Positions 1-10,082 of a DNA stretch of 42,947 nucleotides are shown piece after piece. The notes under the pieces were generated by a model, which had not been told where the DNA came from, made no database searches, and was given only the letters and a program-made list of their open reading frames with translations. The stretch comes from a virus. Lineage: Duplodnaviria > Caudoviricetes. Numbering within the stretch: the first letter of the stretch is position 1; each line of letters begins with the position of its first letter. The DNA lies in the IMG/VR virus record IMGVR_UViG_3300048878_000193, positions 1-42,947 of that record. One strand, given 5' to 3'. The position numbers were made by a program, and so were the translations under genes.

Positions 1-99
1 ACGAAGTTTCCTGGTAGCTTCTCTCTGGACCCGGACTGCCTCATCGCCAGTAAAAACATCCGTCTGTTCTGTCGTGCCATCAATAGGGCGACGTGCTGC
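1..99. repeat. 99-bp overlap identical to 42739-42837 (circularity/assembly overlap)
   Basis: Direct comparison; identity ends at base 100. Confidence 0.95.
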
Positions 100-3000
100 C
101 TCAACACCACCGTCCGCAGCACGCACAGGCGGCGGGGCGGGGGTGGCGTCAAGTTCACGCAGCCTTGCCCGAAGCCGAATTAGTTCATCGGGTTCCACTG
201 AACCAGTAGGGAGAGCACTCTCAAGTTCTTCGATACGCCTTGTCACGGCCCACCATTCAGAAGAACCCCTCCCCGCAACCTCGTCCGCAGCACGCACAGG
301 CGGCGTGGCGGGGGCGGCGGGGGGTACGGGGCGTACCGATGGAGTTTCTTGGGATGTGAGCGGGATAATCTCTTCAGGAGCGCGTGATCCGGTTTGTATG
401 CGCGTCTGAACAGGGTAAATCGTAGAGTTATCAAACGCCACAACTTCCCAGATATCGCCGTCTCGGTCGATGTTTACAAATCCGTCGAACCCATCAGCCT
501 TTAACCGTGCAACATCAAAGTCCCGCGCCGCAGCATCTCGGAACGTGGCAGGGTTCTGGAAGTTGACGTATGCCTCAATCGTCCGAATAGGACCGCGACT
601 TCGGGGAAGGACATCTCCAAACTCAAAAGCCGTTCCTCGCTCTGGTGAGAAGAAAATCCCTTCTACAACATTAGCATCGCCCCCGAAATTGGCTCCAGGA
701 TCAGGGCGAAGTTGATCGACCGGGAAATCCCCTCGTGTTCCGTGGAACACGCGAAGTGGCTTACCAGCAACGTCTACAACTTGAGTTCCCTCTATTTCTC
801 CAGAAATGTTCGCAGGAACGGGGTCTGCGTTCCGTCGAGCAAATGTGAACTCGCCCGTGTCGAAGTTGAACCCACTCTTAATCGACCTGTCTCGAACGGC
901 GTTACCAGCAGCATCTACACGATAGACATTTGACCCAGCGACATGAATCCCTGGCGCAAGCGGTCCAACTTCTCTTGGATTCTCTACTGCGCTTATAAAG
1001 TCCGAAGGACTGGAATGTTCTTGAACCACATCGCTGTGACGTGGCAAACCCTCCGCAACCTCGTCCGCAGCACTCACAGGCGGCGTTACGTCGTCGATAG
1101 CCTCGCCAGCTTGGAACCGATCCCATTCGTCCTGTGTAAGACGCCGCTGCGAACCGTCGGCTTTTCGTAGAAGAATCGACCCTCCTACGCGGTCCCTACC
1201 CGTTGGCGTCTTGAGACTATCTCGAACGATTGTGACTAGCTCGCCCGGAGTAAGAGGTGCCTGATTCGGACGCTTTCGTGGTGGCAAACCTTGAAGTTCA
1301 CGAAGATTAGCCCGAGCCTGGACTAACTGCTCCCCCAGTGCACTACGTCCGGGTGCGCTTGATCCAAACCCCGAATTAGGGTGTACGGCAAAATCAGAAA
1401 TCGCTACCGAGTCGAGTTCGTCCCACCACTCGTTTCCGAGAAATGGGTCACGTTCTTGAGATCGAGCAAACGCGATGATCTTATCGTCTGACCACCCAGC
1501 GAAAATACCTCGTCGGACACTACTAGGAATATCTAAGGCTGTATCTCGTGCTGCACTAACCTCTGTCTCAAGTCGAGCGATTTCGTTTTGCTGTCGAAGG
1601 ATGTCCTGCGCTTTAGGATCATCACCAGTACGCATCAAGGTTTCGAGTTCTTCGTTAAGTCGAGAAATTTCCGCATAGTCATTGACAGATTCGGCATACT
1701 CGATGTCGTCTTGAAGATCATCTAGTTGCTTTTGAAAAGCGTCATCTAGCCCACCAGCACGCGCAACAGGAGCTACGTCGTCCGCCACCTGACCGCCTCG
1801 CTGGGCAAGTTCGGCAGCAATCGCCGCATCTTGAGTCGTCTGACCGCCAGTAGCTATGTCGTCGGCGAATCCTGTCTGACCCGGAACTACCTCACCCGCA
1901 GCGCGAGGAGCATCCCCCATGAACGACGCTTGCGCCATCCCAGGTTGTTCGGCTGTTGGCCGTGCTACATCACCAGCGATACCCTCCAAGCCGCCTTGTA
2001 CGGGACGCACAGGCGGCGTTACGTCGGGGGCGGCGGGACGTGCAGGGGGAGTGAGAATATCCCGTATTGAAGGTGCGTCGGCGGCAGCGAACGGATTTGG
2101 CGGCGGTGGGCGTGTGCCGTCATACATGAAGCCCGTGCGATCGATGATCTTGCCGAAAGTAGTGGTGTTGAATAAATCGATTGTCGGTGGGTAGTGGATG
2201 AAGTCGAGATCACCTTCGGGGGTAATCCTATCCAAATCCACGAGATGACCATCGATGTGGCTGACCCGGAACGGCTCTTCATCGATGTAGATGACTTCGC
2301 CAATCTCAAGGTCCGATGCGTCGGCGGTTCTCGACGGATTTGGATTGGTGGCTCGCCTCCCGACATAGCCACCTCCAGGCGTGACGCCGCCGCCAACTTC
2401 ATCGGCCAGGTTGAACGGGCCGGCTACTCGTGGTTGGTCTGCCGCCTGTGGGCCGACACGACGGATGGTTCCAGAGATTAAGTCTTGGTAGACACGCTCT
2501 GCTGCGTCTGGACGGTTACTGCGTAGCAGAATGTTACGAACGCCGATAGCGAAGCTGTTGACGAGATCGATTGCCCGACGGAAAGCATTACGAGATACTT
2601 CTGGGAAGGCTTCCTTGTAGAAGTCACGAAGAGCCTTGTCTGAGAGAACTTCGGCGAACCACTCGTTGAAGTTAGTAAACCTATATGTATTGCGGAGCCG
2701 TTCTGCAAGGTCTGGCGTAAGTTTCCCTCCACCCAAGCCTCTAGTGGCTAACTGGTCTTGGAATAACAGCAAGTCTCCGCCATCAGCCAAGACACGCCTG
2801 TATTGTTCCTGAAGTGCGCGGAACGCGTCATTACCGAGGAATCGCTGAATATGATGAGCGACTTCATGGATGATAAGACGATTGGGATCAACGGAATTAT
2901 CAAGTGCGCCGAGGGCTATGTTGGCAAGGCTGTCCTCAGTGTTATAAAACCCTGAGACTGTTCGACCCCCACCAGCAGGACCGAAGCTACGCACGTTCCT

Positions 3001-4530
3001 GAAAGAAAGCGCACCACCTTCAAGAACATCTTCAGGCATTGACCTTATAAACGTAATCGCTGCATCAGCAACTTCCGAATCTATACGTCCAACATTACGT
3101 TCTAACTCAATGCGTTGTACTAGAGCATCTGCGCCACGGTTGACGCTACGACCTGCTTCAAGTGCTTCTGCTGATCCCTCACCTACGCGGGGGCCACGGA
3201 ATGTCGTTTGCTCGCGTACACCTCGAACTCCTTCAGGAATGATTTCTCCACGAGGCCCAATACGTCCGATTAACGAACCACCTGATTCTGTCTCATATCG
3301 AACCCACGCCCCACGCGGCCTACCTGCCGCAAACTCTTGCATCCATCCCGGCTGCTCAGACGCAACTGCAATACGTGGATCGCTGAGATCAACGATGTCC
3401 TCTCGCCCGAGTTGCACCTCTCCTGCTCCAGGGCGCTGACGAACAGGAGATTCAGGAAGTGTGTCTAGTTGGCGAATGTCCGTGCCAGCGACGGGAGGTA
3501 TGTCGGCGGCAATATCAGCAGCAGCACGTTCACCGGCGCCAACACTTGCTCCGGGAGTACGCCTGAGAGTCTCCCGTACAGGATCAATTAGTCTTTTAAC
3601 AAAGCGACCTGTACCAACAACACCTTTGAGCCCAATACGTTCTGCGGCCGTAAGTGGAAGCAGTAGCGTTGGGTCGGTGAAGGTTTCAGCAAGCGTGAGC
3701 GTACTGAGAGATGGGCCGATGTCGGGAACGATATCGAGGCCACGGTCGGTTCCGGGCGGGTCTAGGATATTTAATGCGGCACCTGGAAGTCCCGGCAAAA
3801 GCCTCGTGAGATCACCGATGTTTACTGACGGATAGGCATCACGCGTCTCGGAAATCGCTTGACGACCTGCTTGCCACTGAGTCAATCCCTGAGCTTCAAG
3901 TTCAGCACTTCGTTCTCTTACAGCTTTAGGAGCCATACCTGCTTGCAAAGCGAGTTCGGGATTTTCTCTAGCGATTTGTTCGCCCATGCGCAAAATCGGG
4001 CCGAGACTTCCGCTCCAACCGGGCGTCCTGCCCCAGTCAGGTGCCGGTCTACCTTGAGGCGTCAGCCCCAGGAATTTCGCTACTGGACCTATGGGAATCT
4101 CCGGTAACGGTGGAATCGGGCCAGGAAATAGGTCGCGAGGATCCAGATCTTGTTGACGTTCTGATCGATAGTCCCGCTCGTCGCGCTGGCCTTCCAGGTA
4201 GGCGATGAAGTTCTCGGCCGACGCGAGTTCGTCACGCATCCCGATGTTCTCACGCTCGGCTGCGACGAACTCTTCAAGCATCTGCGTCCCACGGATATTC
4301 TCGATCTCACCGATCAATCCATCCGCCAATGACGAGAGTTGCCGGTTTTCTTCCTGAAGTTGAGTCGTGCGCGGGTCGTTACCGAATTGAGGTACAGGTG
4401 GTCGTGGGGGCGTCGAAGGTTGCCGAGGCGGTGTTGGTCCGGGACGCGGGTTCGCTATCTGGAATTGATTAGATAGCCGGTGTCTCGACTCGGTAAAGGA
4501 TCCCGCAACGGCGTCATATCCCGAAGCCAT
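1..4530 (-). CDS. Giant polyvalent (probable internal virion/ejected) protein, N-terminal part; continues across the circular junction into 42738->39220
   Basis: Hand translation shows no stop in this minus frame from ATG 4530 (MASGYDAVAG..., GAGGT RBS) to base 1. It is the same frame as ORF 39220..42867 via the 1-99 = 42739-42837 overlap. Contains HEVAH...EWFAE and VVDVAGKPLRVFHGT motifs. Missing from the ORF track because it runs off the edge. Confidence 0.9.
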   Translation of the reverse strand, partial: MASGYDAVAGSFTESRHRLSNQFQIANPRPGPTPPRQPSTPPRPPVPQFGNDPRTTQLQEENRQLSSLADGLIGEIENIRGTQMLEEFVAAERENIGMRDELASAENFIAYLEGQRDERDYRSERQQDLDPRDLFPGPIPPLPEIPIGPVAKFLGLTPQGRPAPDWGRTPGWSGSLGPILRMGEQIARENPELALQAGMAPKAVRERSAELEAQGLTQWQAGRQAISETRDAYPSVNIGDLTRLLPGLPGAALNILDPPGTDRGLDIVPDIGPSLSTLTLAETFTDPTLLLPLTAAERIGLKGVVGTGRFVKRLIDPVRETLRRTPGASVGAGERAAADIAADIPPVAGTDIRQLDTLPESPVRQRPGAGEVQLGREDIVDLSDPRIAVASEQPGWMQEFAAGRPRGAWVRYETESGGSLIGRIGPRGEIIPEGVRGVREQTTFRGPRVGEGSAEALEAGRSVNRGADALVQRIELERNVGRIDSEVADAAITFIRSMPEDVLEGGALSFRNVRSFGPAGGGRTVSGFYNTEDSLANIALGALDNSVDPNRLIIHEVAHHIQRFLGNDAFRALQEQYRRVLADGGDLLLFQDQLATRGLGGGKLTPDLAERLRNTYRFTNFNEWFAEVLSDKALRDFYKEAFPEVSRNAFRRAIDLVNSFAIGVRNILLRSNRPDAAERVYQDLISGTIRRVGPQAADQPRVAGPFNLADEVGGGVTPGGGYVGRRATNPNPSRTADASDLEIGEVIYIDEEPFRVSHIDGHLVDLDRITPEGDLDFIHYPPTIDLFNTTTFGKIIDRTGFMYDGTRPPPPNPFAAADAPSIRDILTPPARPAAPDVTPPVRPVQGGLEGIAGDVARPTAEQPGMAQASFMGDAPRAAGEVVPGQTGFADDIATGGQTTQDAAIAAELAQRGGQVADDVAPVARAGGLDDAFQKQLDDLQDDIEYAESVNDYAEISRLNEELETLMRTGDDPKAQDILRQQNEIARLETEVSAARDTALDIPSSVRRGIFAGWSDDKIIAFARSQERDPFLGNEWWDELDSVAISDFAVHPNSGFGSSAPGRSALGEQLVQARANLRELQGLPPRKRPNQAPLTPGELVTIVRDSLKTPTGRDRVGGSILLRKADGSQRRLTQDEWDRFQAGEAIDDVTPPVSAADEVAEGLPRHSDVVQEHSSPSDFISAVENPREVGPLAPGIHVAGSNVYRVDAAGNAVRDRSIKSGFNFDTGEFTFARRNADPVPANISGEIEGTQVVDVAGKPLRVFHGTRGDFPVDQLRPDPGANFGGDANVVEGIFFSPERGTAFEFGDVLPRSRGPIRTIEAYVNFQNPATFRDAAARDFDVARLKADGFDGFVNIDRDGDIWEVVAFDNSTIYPVQTRIQTGSRAPEEIIPLTSQETPSVRPVPPAAPATPPVRAADEVAGRGSSEWWAVTRRIEELESALPTGSVEPDELIRLRARLRELDATPAPPPVRAADGGVEAARRPIDGTTEQTDVFTGDEAVRVQREATRKLR
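279..377. repeat. 99-bp overlap identical to 42849-42947
   Basis: Direct comparison with the contig end. Confidence 0.95.
415..780 (-). other. ADP-ribosyltransferase-like domain (ART-PolyVal type) within giant protein
   Basis: VVDVAGKPLRVFHGT...GIFFSP...AYVNFQNP...LKADGFDG...WEVVAF matches the remembered ART-PolyVal pattern (HGT, aromatic-FS/T, terminal E). Confidence 0.8.
2470..3060 (-). other. Zincin-like metallopeptidase domain within giant protein (boundaries approximate)
   Basis: GFYN...IIHEVAHH (HExxH at 2854-2868) followed by NEWFAE (EWFAE at 2650-2664). Confidence 0.75.
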
Positions 4531-4536
4531 GCGGTA

Positions 4537-4881
4537 CTACCTCACGTTTGATTGAAAACTTAGAGACGGTGTTATGAGACGCGAACTAAAGTCGCCGCGT
4601 CTTTCAGGTGAAGCTCCGAGTAGCCGGCGTGTGAAAAACCCCGGAGTTGACAGGAACTCTGTTAGAGATTGTGTCGGCAGTTCCCCACCACGTAAGCTCC
4701 GGCCGACTCCACCCTCAAACTCACGAAAGATATCTTCCTGCATCGAGTTAAAGAAGTCTCGCGATCGGTTAGATCCGCCAAAGCGATTGTCAAACGATTG
4801 GAACGCAGCAACCGGATTATCGCCTAGGATCTCAGACAGAAACGAATCTCCGAATCCGAAGTGGCCGAACTCGTGTGCCAT
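4537..4881 (-). CDS. Hypothetical protein, probable internal virion protein
   Basis: 114 aa, tightly packed in the late operon between portal-downstream gene and giant protein. Confidence 0.7.
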   Translation of the reverse strand: MAHEFGHFGFGDSFLSEILGDNPVAAFQSFDNRFGGSNRSRDFFNSMQEDIFREFEGGVGRSLRGGELPTQSLTEFLSTPGFFTRRLLGASPERRGDFSSRLITPSLSFQSNVR

Positions 4882-5748
4882 TTAGAGCCTGAAACCACGG
4901 TCTACGAATGTTCCAAGAACGTTGCCGCCCGGATTCGCAAATGTCTCTTGACTGATACGCCTGTTCAGGGCTGTACCGAACGCGTTACGAAGGAAGCCAG
5001 GGAGTTGCCGTGCACCTCCTGATGCACGGATCAAACGGTTCTGCAAATCACTCGACTCTAGGGCAGTCAGGGCCGCACCGGACAGAGAACCAGATCGACC
5101 CGTTAATTCGGCACCCGGGTCTTGTCCAATCCTCTGACGGCGAACCAAGTCTTTCAGGAGATTACGAATACTGTCGAGTGATGGGATGCCACCCATATCG
5201 CTGGCAAAGGTATTGAACTCTGGAAGATCAATAGCTTGATCGCCCTCTTGTGCTCCAAGAAGTGAGGTGAGTTCAAAGGCGGCATTGGTGGGATCGAAAC
5301 CTCTGGCGAGATTGCGCCGTAGCGACGAACTTCCACGCCCGCGTACCTGTGGATCTACGAAACGAGCATCGAAGAAATTACCTCTTCCCTCAACACCTGA
5401 GAGAAGCTCGGCAAGGATGTCTTGTTCACCTGCTGTTGGCGGGTCGAATACCAGATTACCGTCGCCATTGGTGTCCTCGGGGGGAAATTCTTGCTCGCCC
5501 TCGGCGGCAGAGGTAATTGCGGCGTTGCCTTGCTGAACTATCGAGTCGTAGTCATCGTGATCGAATCGAATTACTCGGGCATTTGGAGAGGTGTGTTCTG
5601 AGCTTTCAAGTTGTCGAATCGAGGTAATTACGCCTGGATTACCTGAGATAAATGCTAGAGCTCGTGCATCGGATTCAGACGCAGCGTGGACAGTAAGAAG
5701 AACATCGCCAACTCGAATCTCGAATCGTATAAAAGCTGCATGTGCCAT
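4882..5748 (-). CDS. Hypothetical protein, probable internal virion protein
   Basis: 288 aa, operon packing directly after portal. Confidence 0.75.
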   Translation of the reverse strand: MAHAAFIRFEIRVGDVLLTVHAASESDARALAFISGNPGVITSIRQLESSEHTSPNARVIRFDHDDYDSIVQQGNAAITSAAEGEQEFPPEDTNGDGNLVFDPPTAGEQDILAELLSGVEGRGNFFDARFVDPQVRGRGSSSLRRNLARGFDPTNAAFELTSLLGAQEGDQAIDLPEFNTFASDMGGIPSLDSIRNLLKDLVRRQRIGQDPGAELTGRSGSLSGAALTALESSDLQNRLIRASGGARQLPGFLRNAFGTALNRRISQETFANPGGNVLGTFVDRGFRL

Positions 5749-5757
5749 TGATTTGTC

Positions 5758-7716
5758 CTATCCCGGGGTTCCCGGTTGCGCCGGTACTGCGCCCATCGCT
5801 TGAAGTAACTGTATCAGCCTTTGAGCAAGTTCCTGTGCGCCCATCTGTTGTAGCGCCTGAACAAGTTGTCCGATTACATCTTCGGGCGGTGTCGTCCCGC
5901 CGTCAATCATCGCAACGAACGGCCCGAGTATTTGTTCGAGGTCGGCCTCTTGTGCGCCACCTTGCATAAGAACCTGTGCGATTTCATCAAGAAGCGCGGC
6001 TAATTCTGCCATCCCCTGTTGGTCGCCTCCACCACCAGTGGGCGTTGCTTCGCCGCTGGGCGTTGCCTCACCGCCTCGATCCGCTGGATCTCTCTCAGGT
6101 TCAGGCCGAGGAAGTGCGCCCTGCTCGACACCGTACTGAAGCACAATCTGTGCGCCCTCGGAGTCACCAGCTTCTAGCAGAGCATTAGCAAGCCCTGTGA
6201 TTTGGATTGGCGGTAATCGTTCTGCTTTTTCTCGAACAACTTTATCGTGCTCTGCGGCCGGGTTACGCAGTTTCAAGATATCTTCACGAGCTGTCTCGTA
6301 GGACAAGAGAGCTTCGCCACCTTGCGGTTCAAGTGTTGCAAGTTGCGCTCGTTGCATTTCCTCGGCTTCATCACGCGGCAATCTGGGTTCTACCCGGACG
6401 TCAAAGAACCACTCGGCATCCAACTTTTGCGGGGTAGTCGTGATCCTGAAGAACTTGCCTTGATCGTTAAATCCAGCGAGCTTCATCTGTTTTTTGCCAG
6501 CCTTCGCCTTTGTTTGGAGGACTAACTCGCGGCAGAGCCAGGTGTAAATTCGGGCCAATCCCTCTGTACGAGGTGAGTAGACCGATCGGGTCTGATCGAT
6601 ACGGACGGCCAGAGCGATACCGGATTCAGGTGCGTTCGTTCCGCCGTGCGAAATCGGTTGTGGGAGGGTGGCCTCAAGTCGGCCGCGCTCGATGATATCG
6701 ATAGTTGCCGCACTCTCTGGTGGTGCGTGCGGAAGTTCTATCGGCGCCAAACTCTCGCCGGTCTTGAGGCGGATTACTTTGAACTCGCCATAGGGATCCT
6801 CAATCGTTTTGGTTCCCTCGGCTGTCGTATAGACCAGGCCAGCGTCTCGGGCGCGCCGAGCGATGTCCATGATGAACGACACCTCTTCGTTGTGTGACCC
6901 GATCGTGTGACGCCATGCGGCAAGTATTGATTCGCCACGATGCTTGATCGTATTCCCAGTGGTATTCGCCACACTGGTATTTTGTTCAAGAATGGTTGGC
7001 ATCGATCCGACCGGAACGATAGCGGCAGGTACATGGTCAAGACCATGCTTGACGTTTTCCTTGAGAAAATTTCCGCCGACAATAATCGAGTTGCCTTCTC
7101 GGTCCCAGAAGTCGATCGCGATAGCACCGTTCTTATCAACAGAGTTAGCGATCTCTTCGCCATATTCCGTGAATACCTGTGCGCGCGTAAGCCATCGTTT
7201 GTTTGCCGCCCAGATCAAGCCGTCGGAACCACTCTCCCAGGTCATGTGCATGGGATCCCACATCGCACAATCGAATTTCACATTTTTCTCGCCGTCTGGA
7301 ATGTGAACAATCAGACGTAGGCCCATCCAACCACGGACGTTTTCGTGCCATGCGAGCCCCTCACGAAGAGGTGGTTCCTGCATATTGACCAGTTGTTGAT
7401 CGATTGCGTGCAGGGCGCCGAAGATGAACAGTTCACCGTCTGAGGCAGCATCCTTATCTGAATCAGAGGCATCTTCGGGCAGTTTGATCGCAATTCGGAT
7501 AAGCGCCCGGTTCGTACCATCTAGTATCTTGCGATGGAAGTTCCCAGGTGCAGGGTCTATGTATTCGTGGTAGTCGTCGCCCTTTACCGTGAACCCTGAT
7601 ATTTCATTATGGATGTAATCAAAATCATCCTCCATCTGCGACCGCGTGTCTTTGAGGATGGTTTCTTGATCGTTAATCGCCTTTTCAATCTCGGCGATGG
7701 TATTAAACAGGGGCAT
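5758..7716 (-). CDS. Portal (head-tail connector) protein
   Basis: 652 aa directly after terL (TAATG overlap); ESGIAL motif near the crown region; low-complexity helical C-terminal extension. Confidence 0.8.
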   Translation of the reverse strand: MPLFNTIAEIEKAINDQETILKDTRSQMEDDFDYIHNEISGFTVKGDDYHEYIDPAPGNFHRKILDGTNRALIRIAIKLPEDASDSDKDAASDGELFIFGALHAIDQQLVNMQEPPLREGLAWHENVRGWMGLRLIVHIPDGEKNVKFDCAMWDPMHMTWESGSDGLIWAANKRWLTRAQVFTEYGEEIANSVDKNGAIAIDFWDREGNSIIVGGNFLKENVKHGLDHVPAAIVPVGSMPTILEQNTSVANTTGNTIKHRGESILAAWRHTIGSHNEEVSFIMDIARRARDAGLVYTTAEGTKTIEDPYGEFKVIRLKTGESLAPIELPHAPPESAATIDIIERGRLEATLPQPISHGGTNAPESGIALAVRIDQTRSVYSPRTEGLARIYTWLCRELVLQTKAKAGKKQMKLAGFNDQGKFFRITTTPQKLDAEWFFDVRVEPRLPRDEAEEMQRAQLATLEPQGGEALLSYETAREDILKLRNPAAEHDKVVREKAERLPPIQITGLANALLEAGDSEGAQIVLQYGVEQGALPRPEPERDPADRGGEATPSGEATPTGGGGDQQGMAELAALLDEIAQVLMQGGAQEADLEQILGPFVAMIDGGTTPPEDVIGQLVQALQQMGAQELAQRLIQLLQAMGAVPAQPGTPG

Positions 7717-9239
7717 TAACGATGTCTCCGTCGTAATCGTCGGGCTATTCGCACATCGTCAACCTGATTGGATCGGCTTCTCGGCGTGATGATATCAACT
7801 TGTGCTTTCTGCGCGTCCCACGCTCGATCTCGACTATTCCATGCCAAGCCTACCGCAGTCGGGTAGTCGTCGTGAGATCCCTCAAGTGCCTCAATCCTAC
7901 CTCCCTTGTTCGGGTTTCGGATCAAATCTCCAAACTGATTAAGTCCATCCTCGTTTGGAATCGTAATGTGTCGAGTCTTTGTTGCTTCCATCAGATCGCC
8001 CCACATTATCGTTCGGGTTGGATTCGTAGCGTGCCAACCAACCTGATCTTTGCCTCGCTCCCAGAGTCGGGGATATTCAAGCGTCTGAGCCATACGGATT
8101 GTAAGGATGCCCCATTCGTTATCTTCAATCGTCCAGATTGGAGATTCGTACCGTTTGAGCATCTTCACGCTTTGAGCTGCAAGTTCTTCCGGTGATATCG
8201 TGCGATTCAGAATATCGGCAACTACCATCCCAGTAATCACGTTTACGATAGCGGTTACTGACCAGTCGTGACCTGTACCTAATCCGTGTGCTGTGTCGGT
8301 GCCGGCAGAATATCGGCCACCGATCTGTGGTAACTGGTAGTAGTTAATAATTCCATCTGTCTCGATCGGTGTTCTTAGATCCTCACGCATCGATTCAAGA
8401 ATATCTGGATCAAATGCTGCCAGAGCTCGTGATGGCCGCAACGCTTCTGCTTCTGTACGCGGGTATGCGGACTCCATGTAGAGATCGGCCGACATTTCAG
8501 CCGTATCGGAAGTCTCACTACGAACTCGGTCGTACCATGCCTGATCTCGGGATGGTCGTACATCCCATCCGTAGAACCGCTTGGTAAAGCCATTCTCGGG
8601 TGCGGCCCGGTAGTTGGCTTTGAAGAGCGTGACGGCTTTGCGTTTGTTGACCGTAGAACACTGGATAAGTTGACCGCCAGCGTCCAGGGTCGGCTTCAGA
8701 GCTTCCGTATTCGCCTCTGCATTGTCGTGGAAGTCGGCCTCGTCCTGAATCGCTAGAGTAGCTGTCTCGCCACGTCCTGCGTCCTCTGTCGAGGGAAAAG
8801 CCATGATCCGAGATCCGTTGGCGAACTCGAAGAGCTTGACGTTGACCCGGTTGGTCTTACTGACGATGCCTTTCAGATGTTTCGGCAAGTATTGGTGGAT
8901 AGTCTTGCACTTTTGGAGTAACGCTCCGGCCTCAAGTTCTCCTTGTGAGAACAACAGAACGACGGCGCCATCGTGATATGCGGCCGTCCAGTACGCATAG
9001 GAAGCAAGTAACCAGGAGAACCCGATCTGTCGGGACTTGAGAACAGTAATCAAGCGATCGGCACCGAATACGGCAACCGCATCCATCAAGTGTTCCCACT
9101 TCGCAAACTTAATCAGACCACCACCCGGCGGCGGCTCTAGGATCTGAACGTAATCGAGGAAGTGCTCGAACGAATCTTGCGATATCTGCCGTTCAAGTTT
9201 GGGGATCGTGACAACTTGATCGTCGGCTATGGTCGTCAT
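7716..9239 (-). CDS. terL: Terminase large subunit
   Basis: KSRQIGFSW Walker A, AIQDEADF Walker B, RNase-H-like GTDTAHG and HDDYPTA. Confidence 0.95.
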   Translation of the reverse strand: MTTIADDQVVTIPKLERQISQDSFEHFLDYVQILEPPPGGGLIKFAKWEHLMDAVAVFGADRLITVLKSRQIGFSWLLASYAYWTAAYHDGAVVLLFSQGELEAGALLQKCKTIHQYLPKHLKGIVSKTNRVNVKLFEFANGSRIMAFPSTEDAGRGETATLAIQDEADFHDNAEANTEALKPTLDAGGQLIQCSTVNKRKAVTLFKANYRAAPENGFTKRFYGWDVRPSRDQAWYDRVRSETSDTAEMSADLYMESAYPRTEAEALRPSRALAAFDPDILESMREDLRTPIETDGIINYYQLPQIGGRYSAGTDTAHGLGTGHDWSVTAIVNVITGMVVADILNRTISPEELAAQSVKMLKRYESPIWTIEDNEWGILTIRMAQTLEYPRLWERGKDQVGWHATNPTRTIMWGDLMEATKTRHITIPNEDGLNQFGDLIRNPNKGGRIEALEGSHDDYPTAVGLAWNSRDRAWDAQKAQVDIITPRSRSNQVDDVRIARRLRRRHR

Positions 9240-9703
9240 TACAGGGTGGGAACGGCGCCGTATAAGGTGGCCTTACAGCCTATGGTCGGGCAGAGTGCTT
9301 TGGGTCGATCATCCTCGTCTAAATCTGACGGACTGATAACCATTCCTTTTTGTCCACACCATCCACAATTCGACACAAAAGTGCCGAGTAATGGCATAAC
9401 AGAATCGCGAAGAGCCTTCTGGTCGGCCTCTGCTCTATCAGATAGCGACTCAGGCTCGCCCTCGTACTCCTTGATCGCAGCGTCCAGCGCACCGATCGGG
9501 CAAGTGTAGTGATCGCCGTAACGCGTCGCACCCTCGAAGTGGCCGAAGAGCTGTCCCTGAGACGCCTGGCAATCGGCACAACGGATCTCGCCGGTTGTGC
9601 CGAGTTGAGTGAGTTTACGGGAGACAACGAGCTTTGCGGCCTCAATGACAGAACCGATGTCGATAGCAGGTTCCGCAGGTTCCACAAGGTGGAAAGTCGT
9701 CAT
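9239..9703 (-). CDS. Hypothetical Cys-rich protein
   Basis: 154 aa, AGGAG RBS, stop overlaps terL start, CxxC motifs. Confidence 0.75.
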   Translation of the reverse strand: MTTFHLVEPAEPAIDIGSVIEAAKLVVSRKLTQLGTTGEIRCADCQASQGQLFGHFEGATRYGDHYTCPIGALDAAIKEYEGEPESLSDRAEADQKALRDSVMPLLGTFVSNCGWCGQKGMVISPSDLDEDDRPKALCPTIGCKATLYGAVPTL

Positions 9704-10082
9704 TGGATCTCCTTTTTCCTTGCCGCAGCCAGCAAACTCACTCTATCACGAGCGCCTTTTTACGCGAGAAAGCGGCCCTTTAACGCCGATCGTCCTGCAC
9801 CGGATTACAGCTACAAGCCGCTTTCTCTACCCAGAGGGGGGCCAAATAAAGTACCAGACTATCACCATACCCCCCCCTGCACAGATCGACGGCGGCGGAG
9901 CATACTAGAACTCTCTCCATATACCCCCCCCGCGCAGCTGGCTTTGCCGTCTGGGACGATTCCCACTCCCGACGGTGCCGCGTGTCTCAAGTGGTAGGTC
10001 GCCCAGCGTTCAGACGCGGCCAATAAATAACGCTCGGGTCGGTGCTACGGCTAACCACGCCCAAACTATCAACTAACGAGGC

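Larger units (their letters stand above)
111..2026 (-). repeat. Dispersed in-frame linker repeats (PPV[RS]AAD / PPVRP) at 111-134, 273-306, 1053-1093, 2005-2026
   Basis: 111-134 = 282-305 (24 bp exact); 273-306 vs 1053-1086 33/34 identical; 1075-1093 = 2008-2026 (19 bp exact); offsets 171, 780 and 933 are all multiples of 3. Confidence 0.9.

Noticed and set aside
74-4310. Numerous short track ORFs in 74-4310
   Set aside because: Shadows of the continuous minus-strand giant ORF
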